Below are positions 1 to 11,467 of a stretch of DNA of 64,000 nucleotides, in pieces. A program made the translations under genes and the position numbers. The notes under the pieces were generated by a model. That model saw only the letters and a list, made by a program, of their open reading frames with translations, ran no database searches and was not told where the DNA came from. The DNA lies in NCBI RefSeq assembly GCF_044704955.1, contig NC_091984.1:145886001-145950000 (forward strand). The letters are read 5' to 3'. The number at the start of each line of letters is the position of its first letter. The stretch's first letter is position 1. Source of the DNA: Pristiophorus japonicus (taxonomy: Eukaryota).

Positions 1-230
1 TGATGGTGGGATCGCACTGTGCACTCTGTGCTGATTGCTGGGGGCAATCTGGAGGCAGGAGGCCACAGTCACAATATTGCATTCTCTCTCCTTAACGTGT
101 GGCTCGTGGCAGCAGCACAAAACTGTACCGAGTGAGGCCTCAGCTTAGGGAGAGGAGCAGTCAGTGTATCACCATGTACATGTTCCTGAGTGTTAGTGTG
201 GCTTACCCAGCACCGCCTGTAGGTGTGTGT
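1..230. repeat. Inverted paralog of the IgL C-exon 3' flank (17095-17326)
   Basis: Reverse complement aligns throughout, e.g. CCTTAACGTGTGGCTCGTGGCAGCAGCACAAAACTGTACCGAGTGAGGCCTCAGCTT. Confidence 0.92.
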
Positions 231-330
231 GTATGTGTATGACTGTTCCCCAGTACTGTCTGTCGGGGTGTGTGTGTGTGTTTATGTGTGTGAGTGACTG
301 TTACCCAGTACTCTCTGTTGGTGTGTGTTC

Positions 331-1230
331 AGAACATAAGAAATAGGAGCAGGACTAGACCATTGCTCCCTCGAGCCTGCTCCGCCATTCACTAAGATAA
401 TGGCTTATCTGATCATGGTCTCATCTCCACTTCCCCGCCCGTTCTCCAGAATCTTTCACTCCCTTATTGCTCAATAATCTATCTATCGCTGCCTTAAATA
501 TATCCAATGTCCCAGCCTCCACAGCTCTCTGGGACAGAGAATTCCACAGATTTACAACGCTCTGAGAGAAGAAATTCTTCCTCAACTCAATTTTAAATGG
601 GCGGCCCCGAATTCTGAGACTATGTCCCCTAGTTTTAGTTTCCCTATGAGTGGAAATATCCTCTCTGCATCCACCTTTTCGAGCCCCCTCATTATCTTAT
701 ATGTTGTGATACGATCATCTCTCATTCTTCTGAACTCCAATATGTGTTGGCCCAACCTGCTCAAACTATCTTCATAAGTCAACCTCCTCAGCTCCGAAAT
801 CGACCTCATGAACGTTTTCTGAACAGCCTCCAATTCAAATACATCCTTCATTAAATACGGAGACCAAAATTGTACGCAGTACTCTCGGTTTGGTCTCAGC
901 AATACCCTGTACAGTTGTAGCAGGTCTTCCCTGCTTTTATATTCTATCCCCCTTGCAATAAAGGCCAACATTCCATTTGCCTTCCTGATCACTTGTTGTA
1001 CCTGCATACTAAACTTTTGTGTTTCATGCACAAGGACCCTCAGTTCCAACTGTTCTACAGCACTTTGCAATCTTTCTCGATTTAACTTCTAATTTATTTT
1101 TCTATTATTTCTGCCAAAGTAGATAACCTCACATCTTCCCACATTATACTCCATCTGCCAAATTTTTGCCCACGCACTTAGCCTGTCTAAATCCCTTTGC
1201 AGATTTTGTGTCCTCATAATTTGCTTTCCG
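331..1230 (-). mobile_element. CR1 LINE 3' fragment
   Basis: [39 protein letters not shown]; CR1 3' tail. Confidence 0.9.
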
Positions 1231-1235
1231 CGCAT

Positions 1236-1484
1236 TGTCGTGTATTCAACTGTCATTGTAACCCATGTATAAACTGACCTAAGTTGTACACCATGAGAAC
1301 ATTGACCACTAGGTGGTGAATTGTGGGAGACACTCCTAACCTGGACTTTCAGGTATAAAAGTGGAAGCTCCACCCACCTTCATCACTTCAGTGCTGGCTA
1401 ATAAAAGTTACTGGTCACAGACTGACTTTCTCTCAAGTATGGGCCTCGTGTGCATTTATACTGTATAGTAAGGACATATTAACA
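1236..1484 (+). mobile_element. Gypsy-type solo LTR
   Basis: TGTCGTGTAT...TTAACA with TATAAAA and AATAAA; same layout as the other Gypsy LTRs here. Confidence 0.65.
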
Positions 1485-1489
1485 ATGAT

Positions 1490-4440
1490 CAGGAGGATGC
1501 CATTCAGCCTCTCGAGCCTGCTCCGCCATTCAATGAGATCATGGCTGATCTTCTACCTCAACTCCACTTTCCTGCACTGTCCCCATATCCCTCGATTCCC
1601 TTAATATCCACAAATCTATCGATCTCCGTCTTGAATATCGTCAAAGACTGAGCCTCCACAGCCCTCTGGGGTAGAGAATTCCAGAGATTCACCACCCTTT
1701 GAGTGAAGAGATTTCTCCACATCTCAGACCTAAATGGCCGACCTCTTATTCTGAGACTGTGACCCCTGGTTCTAGACTCCCCAGCCAGAGGAAACATCCT
1801 CCCTGCATCTACCCTGTCAAGCCCTGTCAGAATTGTGTATGTTTCAATGAAATCCCCTCTCATTCTTCTAAACTCGAGAGATTATAGGCCTTGGAACTTG
1901 TGGAACCAAGGCGGGTAGATGGAGTTCAGATACAGATGAGCCGTGATCTGATTGAATGGGGGAACAGGCTCGAGGGGATGAATGGCCTCCTCCTGTTCAT
2001 TGTGTCTAGCAGCAGCTGTGTACCTCTCCACAACCTCATCTTGACTTTTATCAGTTGCATCGGAGCCTTGATTCCCTCACCAGGGGGCTGGTGTTTCCAG
2101 ATCAATGTCCAGCTGATCGATGCCATGAGTCAGACTCAGTGAGTGCTCTCAGAGGGTGGAAAGGCTGCTCTAACTGCAGCCTTGTTCTAATGCATTTGGG
2201 GAGGGGCAACAAGGCAAGGGAATACACGATAAATGGGAGGTTAATGAGAGAGGTGGAGGAACAGAGGGACCTTGGAGTGCATGTCCACAGATTGCTGAAG
2301 GTAGCTGGCCAGGTCGATAAGGTGGTTAAAAAGGCATACGGAATACTTGCCTTACTTAGCTGAGGCATAGAATACAAGAGCAGGGAGGTTATGCTTGAAC
2401 TTTACAAAACACTAGTTAGGCCACAGCTAGATTACTTCATGCAGTTCTGGTCACCACATTACAGGAAAGATGTGATTGCATGAGAGAGGGTACAGAGGAG
2501 ATTCACGAGGATGTTGCCGGGACTGGATAATTTTAGCTATGAGGAAAGATTGGATCTGCTGGGGCTGTTTTCCTTGAAACTGAGGAGGCTGAGGGGAGAC
2601 CTTATTGAGGTGTATAAAATGATGAGGGGCCTAGATAGAGTGGATAGAATGGACCCATTTCCCTTAGCAGAGGGGTCAACCACCAGGGGGCATAGATTTA
2701 AAGTAATTGGTGGAAGGTTTAGAGGGGAGATGAGGAAACAATTCTTCACCCAGAGGGTGGTGGGGGTCTGGAACTCACTGCCTGACCACATTTAAAAAGT
2801 ACTTGGATGTGCACTTAAAGTGCCGTGACCCACAGGGCTACGGACCCAGCGCTGGAAAGTGGGATTAGGCTGGGTAGCTCTTTGTTGGCCGGCGCGGACA
2901 TGATGGGCCGAAATGGTCTACTTCCGTGCTGTAATTTTCTGTGATTCGCAGCATACATTTTATTGAAGCTATTTCCACCCCCGGTTTCCCCGCTGCCAAT
3001 AATTGGATCAATCGATGCTGTAGCGCCCTCTTGTGATACATCTATATGGGCTCCACCCAAACCCCTGCTTTCAACCCTTGAACCCACATTGCCTACGCTA
3101 GCTGGAGCCCCGCTCCTTAATCACAGCATCTCACAGCACAGAGGGAGGCCATTCGGCCCATCAATCCTGTGCTGGCTCTTTGAAAGAGCTGTGGACAACT
3201 ATGGCCTGGATTAATGATCCAGGGACATGAGTTCAAATCCCACCACGGCAGCTGGGGAATTTAAATTCAGTTCATTAAATAAATCTGGAATAAAAAGCTT
3301 GTGTCAGTAATGGTGACCATGAAACTGCCAGATTGTCGCAAAAACCCATCTACCTGGCCTGCTACCTTCAGGGATCTGTGGACATGCATACCAAGGTCCC
3401 TTTGTTCCTCAAGGTCCCTCTACACCTCTCAGTGTCCTACCATTTAATACGTACTCCCTTGCCTTGTTTGCCCTCCCCAAATGGATTACCTCACACATCT
3501 CTGGATTAAATTCCATTTGCCACTGTTCTGCGCACCTGACCATTTCATTGATATCTTCCTGCAGTCTACAGCTTTCTTCTTCATTATCAGCCACACGGCT
3601 GATTTTAGTGTCATCTGTAAAATTTTTCATCATGCCCCCTACATTCAAGTCTAAATCATTTATATATACAGGCAACTCTTGATAATCCGCAGGATTTAAA
3701 ATTTCGGCCCGGGAAGACATCGGGCCGTTGACATCGGCCTCCTTTCAGCCCGAGAAAGCATCGGGCCAGTGCGTTCAGAGTCCTTTCAGCCCGTGAAAGC
3801 ATCGGGCCAGTGTGTTCAGAGTTCTTTCAGCCCGTGAAGCCATCGGGCCGGTGCGTTCGGAGTCCTTTCCGTCTGGGAAGACATCGGGTTTTAACTTTAT
3901 AAGTTCAATCGCTCTAACGGAGGAATCATTTACCTGGCATAGCCCAATCCCCAAGGGACCCAGATAATTGAGAGTTGCCTGTACCACAAAAAGCAAGGGA
4001 CCTTGTACTGAGCCCTGCGGAACCCCACTGGAAACAGCCTTCCAGTCACAAAAACACCCATCAACCATGACCCTTTGCTTCCTGCCTCTGAACCAAATTT
4101 GGATCCAACTTGCAACTTTGCCCTGGATCCCATGGGCTTTTACTTTCGTGACCAGTCTGCAATGTGGGACCTTATCAAATGTCTTGCTAAAATCCATACA
4201 AACTACTTCAAATGCACTACCCTCATCGACCCTCCTTATTACTTCCTTGATGAATTCAATTAAGTTAGTCAGACACGACATTCCCTTAAGTCCATGCTGA
4301 CTGTCCTTGATTAACCCGTATCTTTATAAATGAAGATTTATCCTGTCCCTCAGAATTGTTTACAATAACTTTCCCAGCACCGAGTTTAGGCTGACTGGCC
4401 TGTAATTATTCGGTCTACCCCTTTCTCCCTTTTTAAACAA
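1490..4440. repeat. Composite block (CR1 pieces, tRNA-SINE, unique islands); inverted paralog of ~22440-26520
   Basis: Same junction order and near-identical ORFs (1891-2142 vs 25867-26118; 2963-3214 vs 24968-25306). Confidence 0.9.
3705..3888 (+). repeat. ~41-bp tandem repeat inside an insertion in CR1
   Basis: CATCGGGCCAGTGCGTTCAGAGTCCTTTCAGCCCG.GAAAG units. Confidence 0.75.
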
Positions 4441-4442
4441 AG

Positions 4443-6246
4443 TGTTGTGTATAGAGGAACTCCACGAGGCTGAGTACTGTGAGCTAAACTTATTTTAACC
4501 TTAGTCTTCTTTATTACAGCTCCAGAGTGTCTAAGCAACATGGCAGTCGCCCCCTCTGGTGACAAGTATTACATAGTTACATACATAACATCACTCCACC
4601 CCCCTAAGTCTTCAGTACATATTATTTACAAGTTGAGTTGATCCGGAGCCCTTCGCTCCCTGGTTGATCGTCTAAGTTCAAACCCTGGCGTGTGTGAGTT
4701 GGCCGGACCATTGCCGCACTGCACCACGGCTGGTCTGACCGGACTGTCAGGAACAGTGGATTCATCCTCGTGATTGACAGCGAGGTCGATTGCTGGTGGG
4801 GTGTGTGTTGGTGGATCGTCGATGGTGATGTCCTCATCAAGTCGTTCCTGGTTGTCAGTAAATCACAATTTGGTCTGATCTAAATGCTTTCTGCACGTTT
4901 GGCCATTTACCAGTTTGATTATAAACACCCTATTCACTTCCTTGGCCAAAACAGTGCCAGCAACCCACTTGGGACCGTGACGGTAATTCAGGACAAACAC
5001 AGGGTCATTAACATCAATGTCACGTGAAACAGTGGCACGATTGTGGTACATGTTCTGCCAGTGTCGCTGGGTTTCCACTTGAACATTAAGATTCGGGTGG
5101 ACAAGGGAGAGCCTGGTTTTGAGGGCTCTCTTCATTAACAATTCTACCAGAGGAACCCCGGTGAGCGAGTGGGGTCGTGTCCGGTAACTGTGCAGAATGC
5201 GAGACAAGCGGTTCTGCAGGGAACCATCCGTCACGCATTTCATGCTCCGCTTGATTGTTTGGACTGCCCGCTCCGCTTGACCGTTAGACGTGGGCTTAAA
5301 CGGAGCAGACCTGACATGCTTGATGCCATTCCGGCTCATAAACTCGTTGAATTCCGAGCTGGTGAAACACAGTCCATTGCCGCTGACAAAGATGTCGGGC
5401 AAGCCATGGGTGGCGAACTTGGCCTGGAGGCTTTCAATGGTGGCTGTGGGCGTGCTGGATGAAGTGATTACGCATTCAATCCATTTGGAGTAAGCATCCA
5501 CAACTACTAAAAATATCTTTCCTAGAAAGGGACCAGCAAAATCAACTTGGATCCTGGACCACGGTTTGGAGGGCCATGACCACAGACTCAGTGGAGCCTC
5601 CCTTGGTGCATTGCTCAGTTGCGAGCAAGTGTTGCATTGGTGCACGCATGACTCCAAGTCCAATCAATGCCGGCCACCAAACATGCGAGCTGGCAATTGC
5701 TTTCATCATGACAATGCCTGGGTGGGTACTGTGTAGGTCACGTATAAACGTTTTCCTGCCTTTTTATGGCAAAACCACATGTGCACAACTCTGCATATTA
5801 CTTCTCCGTTGGTTTTGTCAGTGCGAGCACATTCTTCATGAGGCCGTATATTTCAGGCCCACAGACGGTGAGGAGAACCGCCCAGCACTTGGCTGTGTTA
5901 GTGTCACCTTCCAGCTCGTTTGCCACGAAGTACGGTCGAGACTTACGACGAAGGCATCCCAATCATCACCCTCTACGAATCTCTCTAATATTCCAACAGC
6001 AGCCATGGTTGCGTGAAGATTCGTATTCTGTTACTCTTTGCCAATTGTTGTGTATAGAAGAACTCCACAAGGCTGAGTACTGTGAGCTAAATTTAGTGTG
6101 ACCATAGTCTTATTTATTACAACTCCAGAGTGCCTGAACAATATGGCAGCCAACCGTTTATACTGGCCCTGCATGTGTGTGCAGGTGACCATGAGGACTC
6201 CAACACTCGCGCCCTCTAGTGGCAAGTATGACAGAGTTATATACAC
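4443..6246 (-). mobile_element. Internally deleted Gypsy element, related to 58643-62991
   Basis: LTRs 4443-4590 and 6046-~6246, PBS at ~6043, gag start fused to integrase (ORF 4863-5663, VDFAGP...SNGQAER). Confidence 0.9.
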
Positions 6247-6249
6247 TGT

Positions 6250-7570
6250 ATCTATTCCTCGGTCGTGTCTTCGGGTTTGCGCTTTTAATTTATCCAAACA
6301 TGGGTACCCTGGGAATTGATCAATACATTTTCCTTTTCCTATTACTGTCTCTTGACCTAATGATTTTTTCCATTCTTTAATTCCACCTTTAAGATCTTTA
6401 ACTTCCGCTTCCAGCTTTTCAAGTTCAAGCTTTTTCTGTCGCAGCTGTGCACAAACAGCTTGCAATTGATCCTTTGTACTGGTCAGTTCTCGATCATGTT
6501 GGGAACGCATTATAATTTCATTCCGGTTTCGGATCTGGCCCATAACCGCTAGGGACCATCTAGTTCGCTCTTTAGTTTTCATACGGGTCGTTTTTCCCCA
6601 GACCCTTTTAATCTCGTCCAAGGACCATTGTCCTTTGGAGGTTCCATACTTTTGTTAGATCTTAATACAGGTTTTAGATAAGTTGAATTGTTGCTCTATG
6701 TATTCTTTCAACTGTTCGAGAATTATATCGAGCGAAACTTTAGGTGGTGCCTGCCCACCTTTAACAGTTGTAGGCAATTCTTTGCTCTTATCTCCTGCTG
6801 CCATTTCTTTACTGAGTTCTTTACTGGGGTCTCAAGTCGTAGGCTTGCTAGCCGATCAATAGGTCGGTGATTAATTAACTAACACACCGCCGAAGTTTGG
6901 ACGTTTATGGGACCTCGAGCCGACTACCAACCCGAGGGTTCGCAAACCAGAGGCTTTCGGAATCGCGTAGAAGGAGAGGCGAATTTAGACTTTTGACCGA
7001 GGACTTTTTAAAAAGAGGAGTCCTTACCTCAATTTGTAGGTCCGATGTCCAAAATTCAGTTTCTTTCCTCAGCGATCCTGTTCGCAGCACCAAAATTGTT
7101 AGATCTCTTAATTTCCAATGAAATACGAACTCCGATGGTAGTTTTAACTTTTTAATCTTGGCAGAGAGTACAAGCTGCTGGCTGATTGCCAGTTTCTTTG
7201 TCTTACTGAAACCACATGGTCAAAATGGCTGTATTTATACCTGGGTCAATTTACAGAAAAGAACTCACCTTCTTTGACCTTATTGGTCAAATTGAAAGTC
7301 TTTTAACGTTTTAATTGGCTCGCTACCCAAGGTCCGAAAATGTCAAGTTGATTGATGACTTAATGCAATGTGGCCTGTGTTTTTTCACAGCCTGTCTAAA
7401 TGCTACCTGTTTGAATTCTCTATCAGTGTTGTACCCCTCAGTGTATATTGGTCTATGTGTGTTATTAAAGGTATGGCTTTTACTTCTTTTTAAACACAAT
7501 AAAACCATACCTGCTTCCTACCTTGAAACCGATTGTCTGTCCAAGTCTGTCACAGTCCCTTCATAATTCC
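6250..7570 (-). mobile_element. LTR retroelement fragment: LTR (7097-7554), tRNA-Ser-like PBS, leader, coiled-coil gag N-terminus
   Basis: Minus strand: TGTGACAG...CTAACA, ATTT, TGGTGCTGCGAACAGGA (7092-7076); ORF 6621-6250 predicted coiled-coil. Confidence 0.65.
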
Positions 7571-9071
7571 AGTGTCGAGAACCAAGGGTGTGGGAGCGAT
7601 TCGGAACCACTCATATAAGGTCAGAAGGGAAAGCTGACCCCCTGCAAACCACCCTTACAGTACTGATGTGTTACCTTAAGTTATAAGAAGACACTTCAGG
7701 ACAATTGTAAAGTTAAATGAATATGTTTAATAATTAAAGAAGAATGCGAAAATGTTTTGTACAAACATATACAACCCTACGGCACCTCAACCCCGAAGAG
7801 TCAACATTTGTAACGCAACAATAACAGAACAACACTCTCCCACCATCCCCAACATTCAACAAAAATGTATTTTTAACAAGAACTAAGGACTATATTGCAC
7901 CACCCCTCCCCCTCCCTACCTGCGGCCATGCTTCCCTCCTGCACCTTGACACCCCCTTGTAGTAACACCCCATTTAACTCCCCGAGTAATGGGACCAAGA
8001 CGTCTTGCAGCAGGGGATCTCAAGGCCTGCTGCTGTTGAGGGGGGGAGGGGAGTCGGCAGAATCTCCTCAGTGACTGGAGGAGAAGACATTTCCGAAGTC
8101 AGAAGGAAGTTCTTCCACAGTCTCGCATCTGTCGTGGTGCTTGGTTGAACATTATTGTCCCGGTGGGAGGGGGGTGGGGGGCATACCATTATTGTTTTTG
8201 TCCCGGGCAGGGGGGTGGGGGGGGCATACCATTATTGTCCCCGGTGGGGCGGGGAGTGGGGCGGTGGTTAGTCGAGAGGGACAGGTGAGGAATGGTAGCA
8301 CCAGTGTTTTGGCCATTTCTATCAACAATACTTTAAACCCTTAAATCCAAATCCCAAAGAAAGAACTGTCCTGTTTGGCGAGCTTGTGGGGGTGGCATTG
8401 AGGTGCATTCATATACAACCGGACATTTCACACTGACAGGCTGGGTGGCAGGGAATCCAGGCCCATTGATGTCATCACCATCTAAAGTGATTACTGGGAA
8501 CAATACCCCAAGAGGTAACTCAGAGACACTGTGCCTTCGCATTATTAAAGCACAGTCACGACTCAGTCCCAACCCAAACTGGTGCAAGGCAGGAAATGGC
8601 CGGCCCATTGTCTTCCAGGAGATAAGCCGGTTAAGCAAGATCGGTTTGTGATCGAAACCCATTACCTGCTAATGAGGACCATCAACTCAGGAAACGACAG
8701 ACATCCAGTAATCAGCACCCATTGTCTCTCCAGATGCAAGGCCTGGGAGCGGGAAAATAAAATATCATTTTTCACAAAGATTTCAAAGGCTACGAGGGGT
8801 GGGGAGGTTGTCCAGACAGATCACCGGAGTCAATCCATCGGTCAGTATTGGCGGGAGGAATGATCATGGGACTTGGGGAGATAAGGACCGCTTTGCAACA
8901 AGCTCCAACTCAGGAGGAAGAAAGTTCCGGAAAAATCCCAGGGAAAAACCCAGAAAAAAACCCAGGAGCGAGACGTTCAGGAAGAAGCTGCAAGCAAGAC
9001 AACGGGCAATCCGTGTGAGCATATTTCCTGCGCCTACACATCCACAAGACCACTTAGCTGTGTGAGGGGGT

Positions 9072-9366
9072 GATTGTAAGTCCCAACCAAACCCAAGGGG
9101 TTTCGTGCTGGGGGGGTCCTGTGTTCATTTATTTCACGGGAGGGTTCTTTTATTTAGCCATGGTAACTTAGCACGGCAGGGATTATTGGACAAGCCAGGG
9201 TTGTACTGTTTTGCACTGTTTATGAGTGGTGTTGTTAATCTTATTAAACACAATACAGTTGAGACCGAAAAGCATGTGTCCGAGTCTGATCTGTCCATAT
9301 AATCCCTATCGTCCAGAACTTGTAATAGGAGGTGCGTTTTCGGTACGCCCGAGAAAACCACCTACA
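9072..9366 (+). mobile_element. Possible LTR
   Basis: Purine tract GAGGGGG, then TGTAAG...ACCACCTACA, with internal ATTAAA. Confidence 0.35.
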
Positions 9367-9954
9367 GGCACCCCCTCAGCATTACCTCTCCCACTGCGCG
9401 GCACTCCCTCAGGCCTCCCCTTCAGACAGTGCAGCACTCCCTAAGTACTGCCCCTCCAACAGTGCAGTACTCCCTCAGGACTGCACAATAGTGTATGTCT
9501 TTATTTTGCACTCAGGTTCCTGGAGTGGGGCTTGAACCCACGATACAACATTGCATCACTGGATGCCGCACAGTCTGAGCTGTGAGTTATATCCCGACCT
9601 CAGTTGGAACAGCTAACTCAGAACAAACAACAACAGAAACTTTTATACAGCACCTTTAACACAGTAAAACTCCCCGAGCGCTTCACAGGAGCGTTATAGA
9701 ATAAAGATTGACAGCGAGCCACGTAAGGAAACATTGAAAATTGCAGCTCAGTCAAATTGTGAGGGAAATTGGCAGTGCTGTCTTCATACCAAAAGGGGGC
9801 GATGTTGGTTCTGAAAAGACCAAATTTTTTGACAATTTCTGTGAAACTCAATTGATTGGTTTGTAAAACCTGTTTGTACCAAACCTCCAGTCAGGTTTGC
9901 AGAATCATCTCTAGTTCCCCATGTGGCAGGAACTATGGTTCTCGTATTGGACTG

Positions 9955-10368
9955 TAGCCACCTAAGGACTCATTTTAAGAGTGGAAGCAAGTCTTCCTCG
10001 ATTCCGAGGGACTGCCTATGACGATGGGTGGGAAAACAAATTGCGAGGAGGAGAAAATCTGCAAAGGGATATAGACAGGAGAAGTGAGTGGGCAAAAAGT
10101 TGGCAGATGGAGTTTAATGTGGGAAAATGTCACGTTATCCACTTTGGCAGAAAAAATAGAAAAGCAAATTATTTTTTAAATGGAGAAAAATTGCAAACTG
10201 CTGCAGTACAGAGGGACCTGGGTGTCCTTGTGCATGAAACACAAAAAGTTAGTATGCAGGTACAGCAAGTGATCAGGAAGGCCAATTGAATGTTGGCCTT
10301 TATTACAAGGGGGATGGAGTATAAAAGCAGGGAAGTCCTGCTACATCTGTACAGGGTATTGGTGAGAC
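9955..10368 (+). mobile_element. RTE 3' tip followed by a CR1 fragment
   Basis: GAAGCAAGTCTTCCTCGATTCCGAGGGAC (reverse complement at ~57400-57430), then WQMEFNVGKC...KAN. Confidence 0.75.
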
Positions 10369-10616
10369 ACTCTGAGAACCCCCCCGATCACCCTGGTCCC
10401 CACCGTTCCACACAAGGTCAGCCCTCGATCACCCCCCCGGTCTCCCATCCCCCCACACTCCAGTCCCCTAACGACCCCCGACCCCCACAGGAGCTGGAGC
10501 ATCATCGCGGCGCTCTCCTCAGGCCGCCATGACAGTACTGTAACAGTCACACACACACACCTACAGGCGGTGCTGGGCAACAGTCACACACACACACACC
10601 TACAGGCAGTGCTGGG

Positions 10617-11460
10617 CTTGACCCATCCACCTCCACGGAGGTGTGTGGGGGACCTGACCCATCCACCTCCATGGCACGAACCTGGTATTGCAGTACTTCC
10701 AGGAATGGTGCAGTGGCTCTAGGCCTTTTGGCTAAGAGCATTGGCGCAGAGTGATCCTTGAATGGGCCCAAGGTGAGCTCTGGTGTTTGTGATTTGACAA
10801 AGAATTGGAACGATTGGCTACGAATTTCAAAAAAAAAAAAACACGGGAAGGAGGCCCAAAGTGGTTCTCCCTGGATCAGGAAGGTGGTTCTCCTATGCTT
10901 TTTGGAAATAGGAGGTGGGTGGGGGGGCCTGACCCATCCACCTCCATGGCACGAACCTGGTATTGCAGTACTTCCAGGAATGGTGCAGTGGCTCTAGGCC
11001 TTTTGGCTAAGAGCATTGGTGCAGAGTGATCCTTGATGTGTGCAAGGTGACCTCTGGCGTTTGTGATTTGACAAAGAATTGGAAAGATTGGCAACGAAAA
11101 AAAAACACGGGAAGAAGGCGTGGCCTTTTGGCTAAGATCATGCGTAACTGACCTGACAGGGGAGTAACCATGACCCCAAAGTGGTTCTCCCTGGATCAGG
11201 AAGGTGGTTCTCCTATGCTTTTTGGAAACAGGAGGTGGGTGGGGTGGATTGACCCATCCACCTCCACGGAGGTGTGTGGGGGGCCTGACCCATCCACCTC
11301 CATAGCACGAACCTGGTATTGCAGTACTTCTAGGAACGGTGGCTCTCGGCCTTTTGGCTAAGAGCATTGGCGCAGAGTGACCCTTGATGTGTACAAGGTG
11401 ACCTCTGGCGTTTGTGATTTGACAAAGAATTGGAAAGATTGGCTACGAATTAAAAAAAAA
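10617..11460 (+). mobile_element. Three tandem U1/U2 snRNA-derived SINE-like units (10617-10840, 10856-11104, 11120-11460)
   Basis: Each has U2 3' sequence (ACCTGGTATTGCAGTACTTC), U2 5' sequence (GGCCTTTTGGCTAAGA), a shared ~90-nt tail and an A-run. Units 2 and 3 also carry U1-like sequence. ACACGGGAAGGAGGC-like repeats separate them. Confidence 0.85.
11145..11213 (+). ncRNA. U1 snRNA 5' fragment (nt ~1-51) plus duplicated nt ~28-47, inside a SINE-like unit
   Basis: taactgacctgacaggggagtaaccatgaccccaaagtggttctccctgg vs U1 ATACTTACCTGGCAGGGGAGATACCATGATCACGAAGGTGGTTTTCCCAGG (about 39/51 by eye); then gatcaggaaggtggttctcc (18/20). Confidence 0.8.
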
Positions 11461-11467
11461 TACGGGA

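Noticed and set aside
331-1230. Extension of the inverted duplication to the CR1 at 29039-29925
   Set aside because: The position is colinear, but by eye the divergence is clearly higher than in the duplicated block, so it cannot be told apart from ordinary family similarity.
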